Below are positions 53,298 through 58,191 of a stretch of DNA of 58,191 nucleotides, piece after piece. Every line of letters starts with the position of its first letter. The stretch's first letter is position 1. This DNA comes from Prasinococcaceae sp. CCMP 1430 (lineage: Eukaryota > Plantae > Prasinodermophyta): contig RQSC01001135.1 of NCBI GenBank assembly GCA_013416795.1, positions 106,410 to 164,600 of the forward strand, given 5' to 3'. The notes under the pieces were generated by a model. The model ran no database searches, was not told where the DNA came from, and worked only from the letters and a program-made list of their open reading frames with translations. The position numbers and the translations under genes were made by a program.

Positions 53298-55724
53298 ATG
53301 GCTGCGGCCGGCGGCGGCGGCGGCGGCGGCGGCTCGGTGAACGTCAAGGAGATGGCCGCGCAGATGAAGGACGTGCGGCGCCAGATGGAGGAGGACGAGG
53401 ACCTCAGCGCGCTGATGGCAGGCCTTCGCGGCTCAAACCTCAACGAGGAGGACTTTGCGAGCGCCGACGTCAACATGCGGCTGCTCGACTTCGACGGCAG
53501 CTCCGCCAACGTCGGCTCCGAGGACGCGCTGCCGCTGGTGTACTCGCCGACGGGCATCGCCGCGTACTGGGGTGCGCGCAAGGGTGCCATCGCGAAGCGC
53601 ATCGTGCAGCTCACCTCGGTGGCCGGCTCGTTCGTGGCCGGCCTCGCGCTGGACGCCGTGCGCGGCACCCTCAAGGAGAACGAGGTGAAGCGCGCCATCG
53701 AGCTGCGCGACATCGTTACCTCGCTGGGCCCCGCGTACATTAAGATCGGCCAGGCGTTGGCGATCCGGCCCGACCTGCTCTCGCCGGCTGCCATGGTCGA
53801 GCTGCAGCGCCTGTGCGACAAGGTGCCCTCCTTCGATTCCAAGATCGCCTACGAGTGCATCGAGGAGGAGCTCGGCAAGCCCGTTTCCGAGGTGTACGCC
53901 GAGCTCACCCCCGAGCCCATCGCCGCGGCGAGCCTGGGACAGGTATACAAGGGCAAGCTGTATTCCGGGGAGACCGTGGCGGTCAAGGTGCAGCGCCCCT
54001 TCGTCCTTGAGACGGTCACCATCGACCTGTACATCATCCGGACGATCGGGCTGTGGCTGCGCAACTTCCCCGAGCTCGTCGAGCGCGTGGATGTTGTCGC
54101 GTTGCTCGACGAGTGGGCCGCGCGGTTCTTCGAGGAGCTCGACTACGTGCGCGAGGGCGACAACGCCACGCGCTTCGCCGAGCAGATGCAGGCCGATCTG
54201 CCGCAGGTGGTCGTGCCGAAGACCTACGCGGAGTACACCTCGCGGAAGGTGCTCACGACCTCGTGGGTTGAAGGCGAGAAGCTCAGCCAGTCGACCGCCG
54301 ACGACGTCGGCGACCTCGTCAATGTGGGCGTGCTGTGCTACCTGAAGCAGCTCCTGGACACCGGCTTCTTCCATGCTGACCCGCACCCTGGCAACCTCAT
54401 CAGGACGCCCGACGGCAAGCTCGCCGTGCTTGACTTCGGGCTGATGACCGAGCTCGACCAGGACATCAAAATCGGCATGATCGAGGCGGTCTCGCACCTG
54501 ATCCACAGGGATTATGACGCTATCGCGGACGACTTCGTCACCCTGGACTTCATCGACCCGGGCGTCGATACGGACCCCATCAAACCCGCCCTCGCGCGCG
54601 TGTTCGACGCGGCCCTCGCAGGTGGCGGCGCCAAGGCCATCAACTTCCAGGACCTGGCCGCCGACCTCGCGCAGATCACGTTCGATTTCCCCTTCAAGAT
54701 CCCTCCCTACTTCGCCATCGTCATCCGCGCCATTGGTGTGCTCGAGGGCATCGCGCTCACGGCCGACGAGGACTTCGCAATCATCGACGAGGCGTACCCC
54801 TACCTTTCCCGCCGCCTGCTGACGGACGACTCGCCGCGCCTGCGGGCTGCTTTGCGTTACATGGTCTACGGGAAGGGCACCACCTTCGATGCCGACCGCG
54901 TCATCGACCTACTGGAGGCACTCGAGACCTACGCCGCGGCTTCGCGCACTGCCATGGGCGACGGCGCCCCGGACGGTGGCGAGAAGGACGCCGCGCAGGA
55001 CGATCGCGCCAGCAGCGGCGCGGCCGCAACCAGCAGCCAGGGATCCGGTCAGGGAGGCAGCCTGGTGCCGGCGCTAGCCAGCGCGCCGACGCTGCCGCTC
55101 CCTGGCGGCTTCCCGCTGCCTCCGCTTCCCGCCGGCCTGCCGCTGCCGCCGCTGCCGGCTGGCCTGCCGCTGCCCCCGCAGCTCAGCGGCGTCTTCGCCG
55201 ACGGCGCGGGGTTGGCGACGCCGCCTTTCGGCGCCATGCAGCTCTCGTCTCTCGGTGGGGCGGCGAGCGGCGGTGGTGACGGCGGCAGTGGCTCCTCTCG
55301 TGAGGCCCTGACGTTCGTGCTGTCCGAGGAGGGCGGCTTCTTCAGGGAGTTCGTGCTCGACGAGGTGGTGAAGTCCATCGACGCCCTTTCGCGCGATCAG
55401 CTGGTGCTGCTGGCGTCGTCGCTTGGTGTCTCGTCTCTCGCCGTCCCTGTCCCTCTCCCGGGCGCAATCAACTCGCTCCAGCTCGTGCCCGAGGTGAGCG
55501 AGGAAGACCGCAAGCAGGTCGAGAACGTCACGAAGATGGTGCAGTTCCTGGTGGCGGGGGGCAGCAGCGGCGGCAACAGCAGCGGCACGCTCACGCAGGA
55601 GCAGCTGGCGGAAATCGCGCCGCTGCTGCCGCGCGTGGCCAGCCAGGTGCTGCCCGAGCTGACCGAGAGGCTCACGTCGCGGGTGGCCGCGCGGGCCATC
55701 CGCGAGGTCTTTTTGCCAGCGTGA
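53298..55724 (+). CDS. ABC1K6: ABC1/UbiB atypical kinase, plastid ABC1K6-like; transit peptide/start uncertain
   Basis: RRQMEEDEDLSALMAGLRGSNL; LGPAYIKIGQALAIRPD; LQRLCDKVP; AAASLGQVY; VAVKVQRP; FFHADPHPGN; LDFG. Subfamily assigned from memory of the N-terminal motif. Confidence 0.92.
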   Translation: MAAAGGGGGGGGSVNVKEMAAQMKDVRRQMEEDEDLSALMAGLRGSNLNEEDFASADVNMRLLDFDGSSANVGSEDALPLVYSPTGIAAYWGARKGAIAKRIVQLTSVAGSFVAGLALDAVRGTLKENEVKRAIELRDIVTSLGPAYIKIGQALAIRPDLLSPAAMVELQRLCDKVPSFDSKIAYECIEEELGKPVSEVYAELTPEPIAAASLGQVYKGKLYSGETVAVKVQRPFVLETVTIDLYIIRTIGLWLRNFPELVERVDVVALLDEWAARFFEELDYVREGDNATRFAEQMQADLPQVVVPKTYAEYTSRKVLTTSWVEGEKLSQSTADDVGDLVNVGVLCYLKQLLDTGFFHADPHPGNLIRTPDGKLAVLDFGLMTELDQDIKIGMIEAVSHLIHRDYDAIADDFVTLDFIDPGVDTDPIKPALARVFDAALAGGGAKAINFQDLAADLAQITFDFPFKIPPYFAIVIRAIGVLEGIALTADEDFAIIDEAYPYLSRRLLTDDSPRLRAALRYMVYGKGTTFDADRVIDLLEALETYAAASRTAMGDGAPDGGEKDAAQDDRASSGAAATSSQGSGQGGSLVPALASAPTLPLPGGFPLPPLPAGLPLPPLPAGLPLPPQLSGVFADGAGLATPPFGAMQLSSLGGAASGGGDGGSGSSREALTFVLSEEGGFFREFVLDEVVKSIDALSRDQLVLLASSLGVSSLAVPVPLPGAINSLQLVPEVSEEDRKQVENVTKMVQFLVAGGSSGGNSSGTLTQEQLAEIAPLLPRVASQVLPELTERLTSRVAARAIREVFLPA

Positions 55725-56008
55725 AGCCGGAGCGGCGGGGCTGGCGAGGGTCCCTTGTGTGTGTGATGGTTTAAGCATTAATTATTTTTTCCCCAGCAGA
55801 GCCACTCAGCGGTCCGCGGGCCGCCAGCGCGGGATGCGCGCGCGCGCGCCCCGCGAGAACGGGCGCCCACGCGGCCCCCCTCCCCCCCCCCGNGCGATTC
55901 CTTTTCCGCTGAGCGCGATGCGCAACGCGACGTCTCGTCGTTTGCGCCGTTGCTTTTGTACATGTCGTTATTACTCGGCCTCCCCCGTGCGCGAGGCGTC
56001 GCGTCGCT

Positions 56009-56568
56009 CTACCACTGCGCATCGTGCGCGGCCGCGCCCTTGCCGCCTCTCCTCCCCTTCTGCGCACCCTTCTTTCCCGCATTGCGCGCGGCGGCGCGGC
56101 GCGCGCTGGCCGTCGCCTGACGCACCGCCTGCTCGTGCACGCGCCTCTGCACTGCTGCGCGCTCGTGTGCGTCCAGCTCGGGCGCTGCCGCCGCCTCGTC
56201 CTGGCCGTCGCTGTCGCCGTCGTCGCTGGTGTCGTCGCCCGCGCCCTCACCCTGCTCACGCGAGCCACCGCCGTTGCGTGGCCTCTCCTGCTCCGGCGCG
56301 CCCGCCGTGCCGCCCTCCTCCGTGTCACTGAGGTCGCACACGGCCCCGTCGCTGCTCGCGGCATCATCCGAGCCGCAAGGTCCCGCATTCCCGCGCACGC
56401 CCACCGACTGGTCGTACCCGAGGTCGAGCAGCGTCAGGCCGGCCGCCAGGGCACCGCCAGCGCTTGTGCCCACGCCATCCGCTTCGCCGCCGTGCTGGCC
56501 ACGCGCGTCCACCTCTCGCTCGCTCCCGGCATGTTGCCCATTTGCCTCGTCACCATCGCCGCCGCTGC

Positions 56569-56599
<31 letters not shown>

Positions 56600-57640
56600 G
56601 TCATCGCTGTACTCGACGCCGTCGTTGCCGTACTGGTCGACGTAGTGCTCGAGCGTCTCCTGCTCCTCGTGCGAAAAGCCCGAAGCCCTGAGCGCCTTGG
56701 CGATGTCGTCCGTGTCGGCGTCTCCTTCTCCCCGGGCGGCCGCCGCTTGTGCCTCGGCGATGGCACGCAGCTGCTCGTCGAAGGTTGGCGCATTGCGCAC
56801 CCTGAAGCCGAGCTTCCTCTCGAAGAACTTGGCCACGCTGAACACGTCGCGGTCGAAGTACATGCGCGCGTTGCGGTGGCTCACGGACACCATCTGCGGG
56901 AAGTCAATCATGGTGAGGTCGCCGTCGTCGTTGACGAGCAGGTTGAACTCGTTGAAGTCGCCGTGGATGAGGCCGTGACGAGCCAGCCGACAGATGAGCT
57001 CGAAGGACTCCCGCACGACGCGCGTGGCGTGGTCGGGGCCCATCTTGCGCACCTGGTACAGCGGGAAGCCGTCGGCGAGGCCCATGACGACCACGTGGCG
57101 GTTGCACTCGACGGCGGGCGGCACGGGATAGCCCCGCTCGTTGAGCGCCTTGAGGAAGGCGTACTCCTTGATTGCCGCCAGCCGGCTGAGGTACAGCCAC
57201 GAGTACTGCGTGCGCCCCTTGAGGTAGTCGCGCTTCGACTTGACCGCGCGGAACGACGTGCGGCCCAGCCGGTGGAACTTGAGCACGAGCACAGCGCCCT
57301 CGGGGTCGGTGGCCTCGAAGACGTCGGACTCTTTGCCCACGCCAATCTGGCGGCCCAGCCCGGAGATGACGCTGCGGTTGACCAGCACTTTGAGCGCAAG
57401 GAAGTCGTACCCCAGCGGCGTCAGCCGGTAGCCGTCGTAGTGCTTCGACTCGTGGTGCAGCAGCTTGTGGCGCAGCAGCGTGCCCATGCACTTGAAGGCG
57501 CCCCCGCGCTTGAGCTTGGCTATGGAGGATACGAGCTCGGCGGGCACGAGCTCGTGGTTTCGCATGCCCATCTCCACCGCCGTCAGCACGCGGAACTCGT
57601 CGCGGCCCAGGTAGCGCAGCACGTTCGCGTCGAGCTTCAT
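56009..57640 (-). CDS. RIO2: RIO2 atypical kinase (pre-40S maturation)
   Basis: MKLDANVLRYL..DEFRVLTAVEMGMRNHELVP; YDGYRLTPLGYDFLAL; IGVGKESDVF; HRLGRTSFR; IHGDFNEFN; IDFPQM; YFDRDV. Confidence 0.98.
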
Positions 57641-57791
57641 CGCTGCGCCCCCCTCCCGCCGGAGCGCCGGGTGGGAGGAGGAGGAGGAAGGACGGAAGGG
57701 ATGGGGGAGCGCGCGCGAGGCGCGCCGCTACGCGCCGCCGCGCGCGTGTGGCTCCGTCGCGCGAGCCTTCGCCCTCCCTCCAACTTCCGTA

Positions 57792-58191
57792 CCTCCCCCG
57801 CCGAGTCCATCCCCGCCGAGTCCACCGCCGCCGAGCCCGCCGCCGAGTCCTCCACCGAACCCTCCTCCGCCGAGCCCACCTCCACCACCAAGCCCACCCC
57901 CAGGAGCGCCGCTGGCGTCACCCCCGCCGCCCAGCCCACCTCCGCCGAGCCCGCCGCCGCCGAGTCCGCCGCCTCCGAGCCCGCCGCCGAGTCCTCCACC
58001 GAACCCTCCGCCGCCGAGCCCGCCACCAGGAGCGCCGATGGCGTCACCTCCGCCGCCGAGCCCGCCCCCGCCGAGTCCTCCACCGAGTCCTCCACCGAAC
58101 CCTCCTCCGCCGAGCCCACCTCCACCACCAAGCCCGCCCCCAGGAGCGCCGATGGCGTCACCCCCGCCGCCCAGCCCACCTCCGCCGAGCC
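57792..58191 (+). repeat. Higher-order GC-rich repeat reading as Ser-Pro (HRGP-like) on the + strand; GGAGCGCCG(C/A)TGGCGTCAC recurs at about 57903, 58029 and 58143
   Basis: The + frame gives PPPPSPSPPSPPPPSPPPSPPPNPPPPSPPPPPSPPPGAP(L/M)ASPPPPSPP... with mixed CCT/CCA/CCG codons; it runs off the window end; no in-frame ATG found. Confidence 0.7.

Noticed and set aside
57637-58179. Minus-strand 180-aa repetitive ORF (GSAEEGSVEDS) upstream of RIO2
   Set aside because: It is the antisense reading of the Ser-Pro repeat; codon variation fits the plus-strand SPPP frame.

Overview
Gene-dense, very GC-rich eukaryotic DNA, not prokaryotic. It has short GT-AG introns (about 80-185 nt, donors GTGCG/GTGAG/GTACG, often GCTGAC/GCTAAC branch sites) and UGUAA-type poly(A) signals. 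Plant-type genes (RR-TZF, nCBP, DRP2, ABC1K6-like, PPR) together with flagellar/centriolar genes (IFT74, CEP131, NME5-type NDK) point to a green alga, probably prasinophyte-grade (inference). About 24 protein-coding genes or fragments are supportable; no rRNA, tRNA, CRISPR or clear transposase is seen. The most unusual items are three domain architectures: (1) Calx-beta plus the 6-TM voltage-sensor module of protist ion-channel/adenylyl-cyclase fusions, with the cyclase replaced by an unrecognised domain; (2) NME5-type NDP kinase + Dpy-30 fused to a paladin-like CX5R phosphatase; (3) MLLE/PABC fused to a PHAX RNA-binding domain. There is also a ~4,600-aa fibrocystin-L-like surface protein and a head-to-head IFT74/nCBP pair with at most 70 bp between start codons. 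The assembly is a draft: N gaps and single-N joins truncate several genes, and a perfect 646-bp palindrome begins at one join. Family calls come from motif recognition by eye, not from database searches.
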